Counted from the first letter of the stretch, positions 17,339 to 26,118 are shown. The stretch is 48,163 bases of DNA from Desulfobacteraceae bacterium (GCA_030604635.1 JAUVVL010000002.1:1-48163); one strand, 5' to 3'. Numbers and translations: made by a program. Notes: a model not told the origin generated them from the sequence alone.

Positions 17339-17782
17339 CTATTTCCGAGCGACTCTGGTAACCCCTTTTCCTCCGCATGTAACACAGGGCAAAATGGAGT
17401 TTATTCGGGCCTTTCCACTTCCATCACAATCCTTGCAAGTCTCTCTGGATCCCGGGACCGTAACCCTGCCTTTTCCTCCACATACACTGCATGAAAGCCA
17501 TTCCTGACCATAATGCCGGCCAGCTCCCTCACAATAGGCACATTCTATGGAGGGCTCTTTGACGGTGACGAAACCCTTTCCCGCACATGTAGTACATGTA
17601 ATCCTCTGGCCAGGATGTTCACCAGTTCCTTCACAAAAGGGACAATCGAATGCGGGCTCAGAAGCCTTTATCATCCCCTTTCCTCCGCATACCTGACATT
17701 TAGATAGTGGAGACAGAATCCCGAAAGGATCCAATCCCTCGCCATTACAGTAAGCACATTTCTTTTCAGTAAACATGGCCAT
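17339..17782 (-). CDS. Stand-alone DnaJ-type zinc-finger protein, 8 CxxCxGxG repeats
   Basis: CAYCNGEG, CQVCGGKG, CPFCEGTG, CTTCAGKG, CAYCEGAG, CSVCGGKG, CKDCDGSG, CVTCGGKG. No J-domain. Confidence 0.85.
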   Translation of the reverse strand: MAMFTEKKCAYCNGEGLDPFGILSPLSKCQVCGGKGMIKASEPAFDCPFCEGTGEHPGQRITCTTCAGKGFVTVKEPSIECAYCEGAGRHYGQEWLSCSVCGGKGRVTVPGSRETCKDCDGSGKARINSILPCVTCGGKGVTRVARK

Positions 17783-17866
17783 CTCCTTTCTGTTTTAAAA
17801 GGGCCAGGTTCTTGCGTGCCTCTAAACTTGTAAAGAATATGGGCCAGGGCAAGCGACGGATCTTGC

Positions 17867-18601
17867 TTATCTGGCCACCTGGATGCTGTAAAAATCTCCC
17901 CTTTTTTCATAAGTTAATAATGAATTAGTTTTCAGTTCCTCAAGGCATTGAGCCAATTCGTCTCTGGCCTCGATAATTCTCGTTTTAGAAATTCCAGGAG
18001 ACTTTAGAAGATCACTTTCCCTGATTCGAAGTGTTTTCTGTTTCCCCTGATCTGCAATGGAAGAATAGATCTGAAATGCAGAGGGAGAAAGGTTGTCGCG
18101 GGTCTGGAAAAGCAATTTGTCCATCTTTTCTTGCAGAGCAAGATTGGAATTAATATATTTTATAATGGCAAAGTGCTTCGGGTTTTTTTCTTCCACTTCA
18201 ATTTCATTAGCAATCTCTTCGTATTTGAGCTTAAAGGTCTTTTGCAAGTTTACTCTATTTCCATTCTGCGAGAGTTTGGTTTCAGTATCTCTTATTTTTC
18301 CATTAAGGCTCTCTATGGTCATGAACGTATTATTAATATCTTGAATTTTCGGTATTAGTTCTTCGACAAATTGATTTATTCCCCGGTTAACTTCGCTCTC
18401 CTTTTGCTTTACTTCTCTGAAGAGAGGAGCAATTTCTGTGTCGATAATTTTCAGTTTTGCCTGCCATTCCGCTTCTGTGAAAGCCTCAGTCAGGTCTTCC
18501 AACTCCTGTTTGCTTCCTTCCTTTTTTGTTTCAAGTTTGGAAATTTCCTCTTTTTTTGCTTTGATCTTTTCCTGCAATTCTTCTATCTTTTTGTTCGCCA
18601 T
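17867..18601 (-). CDS. Coiled-coil protein with C-terminal wHTH-like domain
   Basis: Start set at ATG 18601 (MANKKIEELQEKIKAKKEE..) with a GGAGAGGGAA RBS. Long K/E heptad region. C-terminal SKTRIIEARDELAQCLEELKTNSLLTYEKRGDFYSI. Confidence 0.5.
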   Translation of the reverse strand: MANKKIEELQEKIKAKKEEISKLETKKEGSKQELEDLTEAFTEAEWQAKLKIIDTEIAPLFREVKQKESEVNRGINQFVEELIPKIQDINNTFMTIESLNGKIRDTETKLSQNGNRVNLQKTFKLKYEEIANEIEVEEKNPKHFAIIKYINSNLALQEKMDKLLFQTRDNLSPSAFQIYSSIADQGKQKTLRIRESDLLKSPGISKTRIIEARDELAQCLEELKTNSLLTYEKRGDFYSIQVAR

Positions 18602-18621
18602 TTCCCTCTCCTTCCCCAAAA

Positions 18622-18921
18622 TCAATCTTTTGTTTCCTTTTCTGCCTCTTCTTCCGGTCTTACATGGACTACCCCTTTGCCATGGCAGTTCCAGCAAAAG
18701 AGCTTGCTTCTGTAATAAACGCCGGTGCCCTCACAAGCGGGGCAGGTCTCATAAGGTTTTATGACATAAACGGTCTTATGGCCGTTGCAAACCGGGCAGT
18801 TTGAAAGAGGAGATAAGAGTTTAAATGGGTCTTTACCCTTCCCCTTGCAAAATACACAGGGAATTTTCTCCATCTCAGGCAAGATCGTTTCCGCGGACTT
18901 TTTTCTTCGCCTCTTAACCAT
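18622..18921 (-). CDS. Stand-alone DnaJ-type zinc-finger protein, 4 repeats
   Basis: CVFCKGKG, CPVCNGHK, CPACEGTG, CWNCHGKG. Confidence 0.8.
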   Translation of the reverse strand: MVKRRRKKSAETILPEMEKIPCVFCKGKGKDPFKLLSPLSNCPVCNGHKTVYVIKPYETCPACEGTGVYYRSKLFCWNCHGKGVVHVRPEEEAEKETKD

Positions 18922-18959
18922 CTTTTCTATCCTCCTTTTTATAACCTAAATTGCTCAAC

Positions 18960-19367
18960 TTAAGCATAAGTCTCGATAGTTTTTTTCCATTCCTTAAGGT
19001 TCCTGGCAAAAAGAAAAAATACTCTTTTAAGGCTATCACTCTGTTGCATGAGTTGCAGTTGCTCCACCTTCTTTTTGGGAACCCAATCCCTTAGTACAAT
19101 TGACGTGTCTTTTAGAGAATTCAATGATATCTCAAAAAGCTTGTTTGCCCCTTGCAGGAATATAAGGCGCTCTTTGGTCAGATATAGGTAACCGGGTTTC
19201 CAGTTGGCCCTGGTCACCATGCCATCCTGATAACTTGCCTGCCCGGACATGATGACATCTTCTCCTTCGATATCAGAAGGCATCTCCATCTCCCGGTGTA
19301 TCTCCAGGCCGCTCCTTAACCTCAATTGCGTCTGAGGATTAAAACGGCCGTACCCTGTCTTCTTCAT
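18960..19367 (-). CDS. PH/GRAM-like domain protein
   Basis: NWKPGYLYLTKERLIFLQG..RVFFLFARNLKEWKKTIE. Paralogous to the N-terminus of 4973..5872 and to the repeats of 9830..10834. Confidence 0.55.
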   Translation of the reverse strand: MKKTGYGRFNPQTQLRLRSGLEIHREMEMPSDIEGEDVIMSGQASYQDGMVTRANWKPGYLYLTKERLIFLQGANKLFEISLNSLKDTSIVLRDWVPKKKVEQLQLMQQSDSLKRVFFLFARNLKEWKKTIETYA

Positions 19368-19388
19368 CGCACCTGTATCCCTCTCGGT

Positions 19389-19446
19389 AATAGTTCAGCT
19401 ATTTTTAGACAGGATAAACAGGATTGACATGATAGTTTTTTTCATC
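19389..19446. repeat. Dispersed repeat R3-left (copy 1)
   Basis: taatagttcagctatttttagacaggataaacaggattgacatgatagtttttttcatc is nearly identical to 46651..46709. Confidence 0.8.
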
Positions 19447-19457
19447 CTGTTGATTTG

Positions 19458-19829
19458 TTACTTTAAATCCTTGATTTTACGTTTAACCTCAACTTTCCTT
19501 TCCCCAAAATTAAGAATAAGGCCTACAGGTTTTCCTGTAGCAACAAGGCAATTAACCACTTGTACTTCATGTGCTTTGATAATTCGTCTTACTGACTTCA
19601 GTTCCAAAATAATCGTATCATTAACTATAATATCAGATACAAATTCACCTACAATTTCATTTTCATAATAGACTGTAATAGCTTTTTGTGATTCTGCATT
19701 AAGTCCTGCTTTACGCAGTTCTATAAGCATACATTTCTCATAAACACTCTCAAGAAAACCAAATCCCATTCTATTGTAAACACGATAAGCACAGCCGATA
19801 ATTGTTTCCGTCACGTCTTTATATTCCAT
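19458..19829 (-). CDS. GxxExxY protein (PD-(D/E)XK-fold family often found with 23S rRNA IVS elements)
   Basis: TETIIGCAYRVYNRMGFGFLESVYEKCMLIELRKAGL..ILELKSV carries the diagnostic G-F-L-E-S-V-Y motif. Confidence 0.85.
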   Translation of the reverse strand: MEYKDVTETIIGCAYRVYNRMGFGFLESVYEKCMLIELRKAGLNAESQKAITVYYENEIVGEFVSDIIVNDTIILELKSVRRIIKAHEVQVVNCLVATGKPVGLILNFGERKVEVKRKIKDLK

Positions 19830-19846
19830 ATTACCTCCTTCAGGTT

Positions 19847-19926
19847 GTGATAAATAGTTTTGATTAACTGGATTTATATCATGTCTATCCTGTTATCTTG
19901 TCAAATATTTTGCCTGCGGTGAACTC
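19847..19926. repeat. Dispersed repeat R3-right (copy 1)
   Basis: gtgataaatagttttgattaactggatttatatcatgtctatcctgttatcttgtcaaatattttgcctgcggtgaact has about 4 mismatches to 47267..47346. Confidence 0.85.
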
Positions 19927-21951
19927 TTATCCGTATACCATCTCCGACAACCTTGTCAGATCCTCCACCCCTACGATCTGATTTGGAAAAAGGGGGACCT
20001 GGACGATATTATATTCCGGATTCTTTTGGGACAACTTTTGAATATATCTCTGCTCACCCCCCCTCTTGGAAGAACAAAAAGCACAACCTGATGGAGGTGT
20101 GACCATGTTGACGAATATATTGCTGCACGGAACACCCAATCTCTTTACCGATGCAATAAGCCGGGTGGTTTCTTCTACGCCCATGGCCTCAGGGATGGTC
20201 ACGGTAACCAGTTGACTGGCCTCCGGATTTGTAAGCATGTCATGTATTTTATTGACCAGTTGGGTTGATTTCAGAATCCTGTTTCCCAGTTCCTTCAGAT
20301 TGGTCAGGGCTATCTGGACCTGGTACTTGACCAGGCTGCGATAAGCACGGCTCAACCAGTCTCTTACCAGGTTGGGAAACTCAAGGAGAACCAGGAGATG
20401 GCCGGTGGGGGCGGTGTCCAGGATATACCAGTCAAACTTCTTCTCATTAATAAATTCGGTGATCTTTTCCAGCGCGAAGACCTCGTTCATGCCCGGCGGC
20501 ACGGTACGGGCAAACACGGCCATCACATTGCGGTCAAAACGCAGTTCCGTGATAGTCTCTCGCATGCTCTCCCAGGTATCAAAGGCATCCCGGATAATTG
20601 CCCGGTAATCTTCGATAAAATCATGGAGAAGATGCCCCGAATCGATCTCCATGGCAAAAAGATTGGGCATTGGGGATTGAAGATTGAAGATTGAAGATTG
20701 AAGATTTTGGTGTATCGGCGTAAGCTTATCTCCTATTTCCATTGCAAAGCTGTCCGCCAGAGAATGGGCAGGATCGACCGAATAGATCAGCACCTTTTGA
20801 TCAGGATATGTTTTGGCCAGATGGACAGCCATGGCAGCAGCCATTGAGGTCTTGCCCACCCCGCCCTTGCCCCCGAACATGACAAATTTCACATCCGGGT
20901 CAATCGAGGGACGACTTGTTGCGGGTACCTGAGAAACACCAGACTCGTTTGTATTAGCCTCCACCTCTATAGTTTGAATTTTGTCCATGAGAACATCCGC
21001 ATATTTTCCCAGGCTACTTATCCCCTGAACCTCATAAGGGAAAAGGGGCGTCTTGATCAGGTTGTAACCTTCAAACGCCTTTTCAATCTCCCTTATAGAT
21101 TCCGATTGATCCGCAATCTTGGAAGCACAAAACGGGCAGGTCCCATTGCTCCCCCTTACCCGGTTGATTACAATGTTGTTTACCTGGATCTGTTTATCTT
21201 TCAAAGCCCTGAGCAAATCTCCCGTCTCTTCGATGGCCATTACCTCGGGGATAAGCACCGGCACAAACTCGGTCTGTTCTCGATGGGTAAGCATTTCCTT
21301 GACGGACTTGAAGTCTGCCCGCATCTTTTCCACCATCTGATCCACGCGATCCCCCTCGTGATACTTGCTCCCCGACCTATAGAGACGAGGATGGATCTTA
21401 TATTTCAGGAGGGACTGATCCACCACATCCATCCACTCATCCATCATTTGGGGCATATCCAGGAGACGGAGGGTATGCCCGGTGGGAGCAGTGTCCAGCA
21501 CGATGATATCCGCTTCCTGAGGTTGATACCAGGTATATTTATATTTGTCGGCAACATGTAAGAATATCATCATATCATCCATGCCCGGAAGAGAAAAAGA
21601 GAGGAATTCCTTGACGTTGATCTGCCCGTAAAATCCGGCCCGTTTGATGATCTCGTTGATTTCCTTTTGATGCTTCTTCTTGAAAACTTCAAGCAGCGGG
21701 ACAGGCTCAATTTCCAGGGCCTCAAGGTTTGGTATCCCGTCAACACTCACCTTGTGTGGGCCAATGTGCCTCCCCAGGCTATCCCCCACGGAATGGGCCG
21801 GGTCACTGGAGATAAGCAGTATCTTTTTCGACGGGTTAAGTTTGGCCAGGCAGAGTGCCGAGGCCGCAGCAGAAGTAGTTTTTCCCGTGCCTCCTTTACC
21901 GCCAAAGATGACAAGTTTCAAATTCTCATTACTTAAAAAGCTGGGCAGCAT
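19927..21951 (-). CDS. Internally duplicated Get3/TRC40/ArsA-family ATPase, copy 2
   Basis: GGKGGTGKTT and GGKGGVGKTS P-loops, DPAHSV/DPAHSL, DTAPTGHT/L x2, CxxC motifs CPFCASKI and CAFCSSKR. ATG 21951 preferred over GTG 21960. Confidence 0.9.
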   Translation of the reverse strand: MLPSFLSNENLKLVIFGGKGGTGKTTSAAASALCLAKLNPSKKILLISSDPAHSVGDSLGRHIGPHKVSVDGIPNLEALEIEPVPLLEVFKKKHQKEINEIIKRAGFYGQINVKEFLSFSLPGMDDMMIFLHVADKYKYTWYQPQEADIIVLDTAPTGHTLRLLDMPQMMDEWMDVVDQSLLKYKIHPRLYRSGSKYHEGDRVDQMVEKMRADFKSVKEMLTHREQTEFVPVLIPEVMAIEETGDLLRALKDKQIQVNNIVINRVRGSNGTCPFCASKIADQSESIREIEKAFEGYNLIKTPLFPYEVQGISSLGKYADVLMDKIQTIEVEANTNESGVSQVPATSRPSIDPDVKFVMFGGKGGVGKTSMAAAMAVHLAKTYPDQKVLIYSVDPAHSLADSFAMEIGDKLTPIHQNLQSSIFNLQSPMPNLFAMEIDSGHLLHDFIEDYRAIIRDAFDTWESMRETITELRFDRNVMAVFARTVPPGMNEVFALEKITEFINEKKFDWYILDTAPTGHLLVLLEFPNLVRDWLSRAYRSLVKYQVQIALTNLKELGNRILKSTQLVNKIHDMLTNPEASQLVTVTIPEAMGVEETTRLIASVKRLGVPCSNIFVNMVTPPSGCAFCSSKRGGEQRYIQKLSQKNPEYNIVQVPLFPNQIVGVEDLTRLSEMVYG
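20675..20702. repeat. Heptamer array (GATTGAA x4) inside Get3-like copy 2, encoding QNLQSSIFNL
   Basis: Same position and same peptide (TPIHQNLQSSIFNL) as in copy 1 (3630..3657). Confidence 0.9.
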
Positions 21952-22008
21952 TGCTATCACCTATTCTACTATCACACGATAGTGTCCGTTGTTTGTTGCT
22001 GGCAATAG

Positions 22009-22116
22009 GATTGAAGATTGTCGATTGAATATTGAAGATTTGTGGAATCGCTTCGCTCTATCTTTTTATATAATTGAGAGGATTCCTTCAATATTCAATT
22101 TTCAATATTCAATATT
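22009..22116. mobile_element. MITE/REP-like element, family R1 copy b
   Basis: attgaagattgtcgattgaatattgaagatt .. gtggaatcgcttcgct .. gattccttcaatattcaattttcaatattcaat (inverted heptamer arms). Confidence 0.5.
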
Positions 22117-22149
22117 TATTAGTCCACTGACCACTTCATTCCCTGGTCA

Positions 22150-22455
22150 TCAATAATCAAAGCTCACCTTCTTAAATGATTTTTCAAAATCATCAACCGC
22201 TTCTTTACTTCTTTTCGAGAGTCTCTGCTTCTCCTGCAATTCTTTCTCCCTTATCTCTTGTTTCTTTGTCTCTATGGCATCGTCCATTTCTTCTGCCTTC
22301 AGATCTAACTCTATTCCGCAGGCATGTCGTATGGCTGCATTCTCACCGGTGGAATGTTTCAACCTTGAGCGTTTTTTTATCTTCCTTTCAAATTCGTCCC
22401 ATTCCATGGCCGTGGAATGTCTCACCATTGTTCCCCTTCCTGTAGAATACTTCAT
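22150..22455 (-). CDS. Small charged hypothetical protein
   Basis: 101-aa K/E-rich ORF, same strand, 3 nt after the upstream stop. Internal echo HSTAMEWDEFERK / HSTGENAAIRH. No recognisable domain. Confidence 0.4.
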   Translation of the reverse strand: MKYSTGRGTMVRHSTAMEWDEFERKIKKRSRLKHSTGENAAIRHACGIELDLKAEEMDDAIETKKQEIREKELQEKQRLSKRSKEAVDDFEKSFKKVSFDY

Positions 22456-22458
22456 TGC

Positions 22459-22716
22459 TTATGACCTCCTTCTTGAAATCTTTTGGAGAAACTGCCGAGC
22501 GCCTTTTCCAAAATTTTTAAGGTTCGCCACATTTTTTATCCGGTCCTCGCCTATCCCGATTCCACTAAAATAACTTATGAACTTGAGATTGGTGCGGGCC
22601 TGGGAGTGGCCGGGATCTATCTCCAACGCTTTTTTGTACGCATCAATCGCTTCCAGGTACAGGCCTTGCATGCTGAGCAACCTGCCCCTGCCAAAATGTT
22701 TTTCGGCATTATTCAT
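22459..22716 (-). CDS. Short TPR-motif protein
   Basis: GRLLSMQGLYLEAIDAYKKALEIDPGHSQARTNL is a canonical TPR unit. Confidence 0.5.
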   Translation of the reverse strand: MNNAEKHFGRGRLLSMQGLYLEAIDAYKKALEIDPGHSQARTNLKFISYFSGIGIGEDRIKNVANLKNFGKGARQFLQKISRRRS

Positions 22717-22777
22717 CTGAAAAACGAGTCGCCTCCTTTTTTAATTTTAATTTTTTTTGACAGGATAACAGAATTTA

Positions 22778-22850
22778 CCCACCCGCCTCGCCTGAGCACA
22801 AGCGCTTGAATTTCGCATATCTGGTTACGGCGAGTGCGATGGCGGGCAGG
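22778..22850. repeat. GC-rich REP module (family R1 core), inverted copy
   Basis: Reverse complement matches cctgcccgccatcgcactcgccgtaaccagatatgcgaaattcaagcgcttgtgctcaggc at 43293..43352 almost exactly. Confidence 0.8.
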
Positions 22851-22925
22851 CATGATTTCTTTATTTTCCTGCCTGCCGGCAGGCAGGTCTTATATCCTGT
22901 TATCCTGTCAAAAGAAGCTCAGCGG

Positions 22926-23519
22926 CTAAGTTAGGGTAACCTCCAGGATTCCGTTGTTATATATTTTCCTGATTATATTCTTAGAACCGTGAGGCAATTT
23001 AACGTTCTTGTAATAGCTTAAATTTCCCCGGCTTGCCGATATGATCAATGTGTCTTCATTTAAATCAAGCCTGATATCCTTTTCATTAACGCCGGGCAAT
23101 TCAGCAATCACACGCAGCTTATTCTCTTCCTCAAATATATCAACGGGGACATCTCTTTCACCTTTATCCATTGGGACATCTCCTGCCGTAAAAGTATCAA
23201 AATGCTTTTTAGGTCTTGTACCCCGGCGAGCAACAGATGGGGGGATGCCACTGGGAGGACGGCTTCGATGTCTTGTCAATCCGCCGGATATTTCTGCATC
23301 TGCCCCTTTTAATGGTGTTTCTTTTAATTTCCGGTCAATCTCCTCATCTATTGAATCAAGTCTTTCCATAAATGCATCAGACTTCTTCAATCCCTTTATA
23401 AGCCCGCCGAGTCCCGGTATAAGATCACCCATGCTGTCCAGGACGCTTTCGGCTACACCGCCGGAATCTTCCCCTGCCTTCTCCTTTTCAGAGTTTTCTT
23501 TGTCTTTTTCCTTTTTCAT
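22926..23519 (-). CDS. Hsp20/alpha-crystallin protein (GvpH-like), copy 1
   Basis: ACD: PVDIFEEENKLRVIAELPGVNEKDIRLDLNEDTLIISA..NGILEVTL. Gly-rich N-terminal segment GDLIPGLGGLIKGLKK shared with 39414..39971. Confidence 0.8.
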   Translation of the reverse strand: MKKEKDKENSEKEKAGEDSGGVAESVLDSMGDLIPGLGGLIKGLKKSDAFMERLDSIDEEIDRKLKETPLKGADAEISGGLTRHRSRPPSGIPPSVARRGTRPKKHFDTFTAGDVPMDKGERDVPVDIFEEENKLRVIAELPGVNEKDIRLDLNEDTLIISASRGNLSYYKNVKLPHGSKNIIRKIYNNGILEVTLT

Positions 23520-23587
23520 ACCCTGCCCAATTCCTTTGGTTCTTCATGCGTTTCAGGCTGGTAAAGCAAGATTCACCCTCCGAACTT

Positions 23588-23791
23588 TTACCCTTCACGG
23601 ACCTGATACTTTAATCCCTTCTTAACAAATCTACCCTGCCAGACCATATCCCTGCACAGTTGTTCCGCATAATCGCCACTGATGCCCATCTCCTTTCCAA
23701 TGGCTGTTGGGTGTGCAGTACCTCCCAACTTTTTAACGGCCCCCAAAATTTCTTTTTCCCTGGATGTTAAATTTGCCATTTTATACTTCAT
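23588..23791 (-). CDS. Small wHTH protein (S-x-D-Y-A-x-x-L-C family)
   Basis: REKEILGAVKKLGGTAHPTAIGKEMGISGDYAEQLCRDMVWQGRFVKKGLKYQV. ATG 23791 has an AAAGGAGAG RBS; the ORF track starts at 23830. Confidence 0.6.
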   Translation of the reverse strand: MKYKMANLTSREKEILGAVKKLGGTAHPTAIGKEMGISGDYAEQLCRDMVWQGRFVKKGLKYQVREG

Positions 23792-23826
23792 GATTGTCTC
23801 TCCTTTCACTTTAACCTGGTCTTCCA

Positions 23827-24243
23827 TCAATTTACCCCCGGCCTCTCCGGCGCTGACCTTTGACGAACGATACCCTGACCATTACATCTGAGACAATGCT
23901 GCCTGTAGGAACCAAGATAAAGCCCGGTACCATTGCAATCGGGACATTCTACTGATGTCTCAATGGCCGTCACCCAGCCTTTGCCCTTGCAGGCCGTGCA
24001 GTGAAGCCGGTCAGTGGTATGAGGTTGTACGCCGCTGCCTTTGCAAAAGGCACATTTCACAACAGGTCCCCTTATTCTCACTTCCCCTTTGCCCTTACAT
24101 ACCTGACAGGCTGATAAATGGGAAAGTACTCCAAATGGGTCCCTGCCGGTTCCATTACAAAAGGCACACGTAACCGATACCATGTCTGCCATGAGCTTTT
24201 CGAGCTCTTCGGGACTGGTTGTTTTACCTCTTCTTCTGGCCAT
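23827..24243 (-). CDS. Stand-alone DnaJ-type zinc-finger protein, 6 repeats
   Basis: CAFCNGTG, CQVCKGKG, CAFCKGSG, CTACKGKG, CPDCNGTG, CLRCNGQG. Start at ATG 24243 (MARRRGK). Confidence 0.85.
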   Translation of the reverse strand: MARRRGKTTSPEELEKLMADMVSVTCAFCNGTGRDPFGVLSHLSACQVCKGKGEVRIRGPVVKCAFCKGSGVQPHTTDRLHCTACKGKGWVTAIETSVECPDCNGTGLYLGSYRQHCLRCNGQGIVRQRSAPERPGVN

Positions 24244-24257
24244 TTTGCACCTCCCTC

Positions 24258-24464
24258 TCAACCCGTTTCTCTCATTCCAGCCAACCTCGTTCCACAGGAG
24301 GGACAGAATTTGCGGTCCTCCTTATAATAATAGCGCCACGTTTCTAAGCACTCAGGACATTCCATGTTGAGTGACTGGCCACATTCTGTACAAAACTCTA
24401 GATGTCCCCAGGTAGTGGTGCCACACCTTGGGCATTTAAACGCGCCTTTTGGATCTCCACCCAT
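24258..24464 (-). CDS. Double zinc-ribbon protein
   Basis: CPRCG..CTECG and CPEC..CPSCG pairs in 68 aa. Confidence 0.6.
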   Translation of the reverse strand: MGGDPKGAFKCPRCGTTTWGHLEFCTECGQSLNMECPECLETWRYYYKEDRKFCPSCGTRLAGMRETG

Positions 24465-24480
24465 AATTGATACCTCCGTT

Positions 24481-24632
24481 TTGGTTATTGGTTGCTCGTT
24501 GCTCGTTGCTGGTTGTTAGTTATTAGTCATTGGTCTATATTTTTTATTGAATATTGGGAGGAATCAATAACCGAACTTCAATCCCCAAATTCCTCAATTC
24601 CTTAATCCGAAATCCCTAAATATTCAATCCCT
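24481..24632. repeat. STRR-like heptamer block (GGTTATT, GTTGCTC, AGTCATT, then CTTCAAT-derived degenerate units)
   Basis: ttggttattggttgctcgttgctcgttgctggttgttagttattagtcattggtc .. cttcaatccccaaattcctcaattccttaatccgaaatccctaaatattcaatccc. Confidence 0.8.
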
Positions 24633-25409
24633 TCACCATTTCACCACGATTTCAACAAAATTGGCTGGTGGTATAGGCCCTACGTACTTCAATTTTATTC
24701 TTCCATTATTGATTTCGTCCAATTGATTCACGCAGGAGTCAAACTTCTCACCCTGAACCTGATCTACTAAAAATGCCGCGTTCAAAAGCATCCTGTCGCT
24801 AAACGTATCGTTGATCCGATTGTCAACGAAAAACTTCTTTAATCTATTCAATATCTTGTTTGCCTCTTTTTCCTTTTTTCTTTCTAAGGCAGATTTAACA
24901 AGCCCGCCCAACCTTATTCTCTCATTATGCCCCTCCGTTCCTTTCATGGAAGCAATCTTCTTTTTCAATATCCTGATTTCCCTGCTTGACTCCAAAATCT
25001 CCTCGAATATCAGGTCAACATCCGTCCACAGGGCCTTGAGGCCAAGCTCTGCCTTATTCTCCATTTCTGTAAGCAAGGCATTGAACTCATCATATCTTTC
25101 TTTCAATATCTTATCTTTAATTCTATCCTTTGAGGAAATCCCTTCCTTATCCTCGGCAATAGTGCAAAACCTCACCGGAAGAATCGTATATTCTTTCATC
25201 ACCTCTTCCATCACCAACTGATGGGCAACGGTATTTTTCCTGCTAACAGGATATTTCACAACAGGTGAGTCGCTGATAACCGCCCCTATATTTTGATGGC
25301 AAATACTATAGACCCTGTCTCCTCTGTCACCTATTCCTTTAACTGGAAAATCCCGCTCTTCATTCATCGCAGTAATGCAATAAATATAATGTCCTTGTTT
25401 TTCCTTCAT
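24633..25409 (-). CDS. gvpF: GvpL/GvpF-family gas vesicle protein
   Basis: GHYIYCIT..GIGDRGDRVYSICHQNIGAVIS.. and C-terminal KYVGPIPPANFVEI. Confidence 0.9.
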   Translation of the reverse strand: MKEKQGHYIYCITAMNEERDFPVKGIGDRGDRVYSICHQNIGAVISDSPVVKYPVSRKNTVAHQLVMEEVMKEYTILPVRFCTIAEDKEGISSKDRIKDKILKERYDEFNALLTEMENKAELGLKALWTDVDLIFEEILESSREIRILKKKIASMKGTEGHNERIRLGGLVKSALERKKEKEANKILNRLKKFFVDNRINDTFSDRMLLNAAFLVDQVQGEKFDSCVNQLDEINNGRIKLKYVGPIPPANFVEIVVKW

Positions 25410-25457
25410 AAGGATATGGTCTCCGCAACTTCAGGCACTTTTTGGGTTTATCCGTGT

Positions 25458-25799
25458 CTAGGCATTTCTAAATTTCTTTATCGTTCTCCCCTTCACATAG
25501 TCCTCATAATCGCCTATTCTTCTATTTACATTATCTATCATGCGAATGTGTCCATATGCCCGAGCCGCCAGGATACCCTTCATATGATGGAGTTGAAATA
25601 ACAGGGCATCCGCTCCCTTTGTCGTAAGCTCGAACTTCCCCGGGGAAACAATCGACAAACAATCTTTTCTGTAAAGAGACTTTAATAAATACTCTGCATA
25701 CTCGGTGGTGATTTCCATTTTTCGGCTGATCTTCCGTTTGGTTATAGGACCAAGTTCCATAGCCGTCCGCAAAACTGTTAATTCGTTTGGGCTAGGCAT
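25458..25799 (-). CDS. wHTH protein (same family, longer C-terminus)
   Basis: LTVLRTAMELGPITKRKISRKMEITTEYAEYLLKSLYRKDCLSIVSPGKFELTTKGADAL. Confidence 0.55.
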   Translation of the reverse strand: MPSPNELTVLRTAMELGPITKRKISRKMEITTEYAEYLLKSLYRKDCLSIVSPGKFELTTKGADALLFQLHHMKGILAARAYGHIRMIDNVNRRIGDYEDYVKGRTIKKFRNA

Positions 25800-25828
25800 T
25801 TTTACTATCCCTTTCTGATATAGTTAGT

Positions 25829-26042
25829 GCCTGAACGGAAAGTCATATTCAGGCAAAATACGAATATCGAAATCCGAAACTCGAAACAAATCCGAATACC
25901 AAATTAGAAAATGACCAAAACCAAGTAATTGGAAATCAGTGGTTTTTGTTTTTGGAGCATTTGTATTTTTGTCATTGTTTCGTATTTCGTGCTTCGGATT
26001 TCGAATTTCTGACCGAAAAATATGAGGTTTTCGTTCAGACAC
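25829..26042. mobile_element. About 210-bp imperfect palindromic (MITE-like) element
   Basis: Arms cctgaacggaaa..gaatatcgaaatccgaaactcgaaacaa and ttgtttcgtatttcgtgcttcggatttcgaatttc..tttcgttcag are reverse complements. It explains the low-complexity ORF 25824..26042. Confidence 0.5.
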
Positions 26043-26118
26043 TAGTTAGTGGTTTTTTGCCACGGACAACGGACAACTGACTTCTTTCATGGTTCGTTGT
26101 GCTCGTGAACCATAGCGG

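Noticed and set aside
17801-17816. Plus-strand sigma54-like match GGGCCAGGTTCTTGCG
   Set aside because: The -24 element deviates (GGCCAG). There is no plus-strand gene downstream, so it would only drive antisense transcription. Probably a chance match.
19458-19829. GxxExxY (PD-(D/E)XK fold) and four-helix-bundle genes as a phage-defence island
   Set aside because: There are no partner defence genes (methylase, helicase, ATPase, Cas or others). These families are typical IVS-associated passengers, so a defence role cannot be supported from the sequence.
25824-26042. 72-aa ORF (MSERKPHIFRSEIRNPKHEIRNN..)
   Set aside because: It is a translation of a palindromic repeat element with low-complexity periodic sequence and no RBS.
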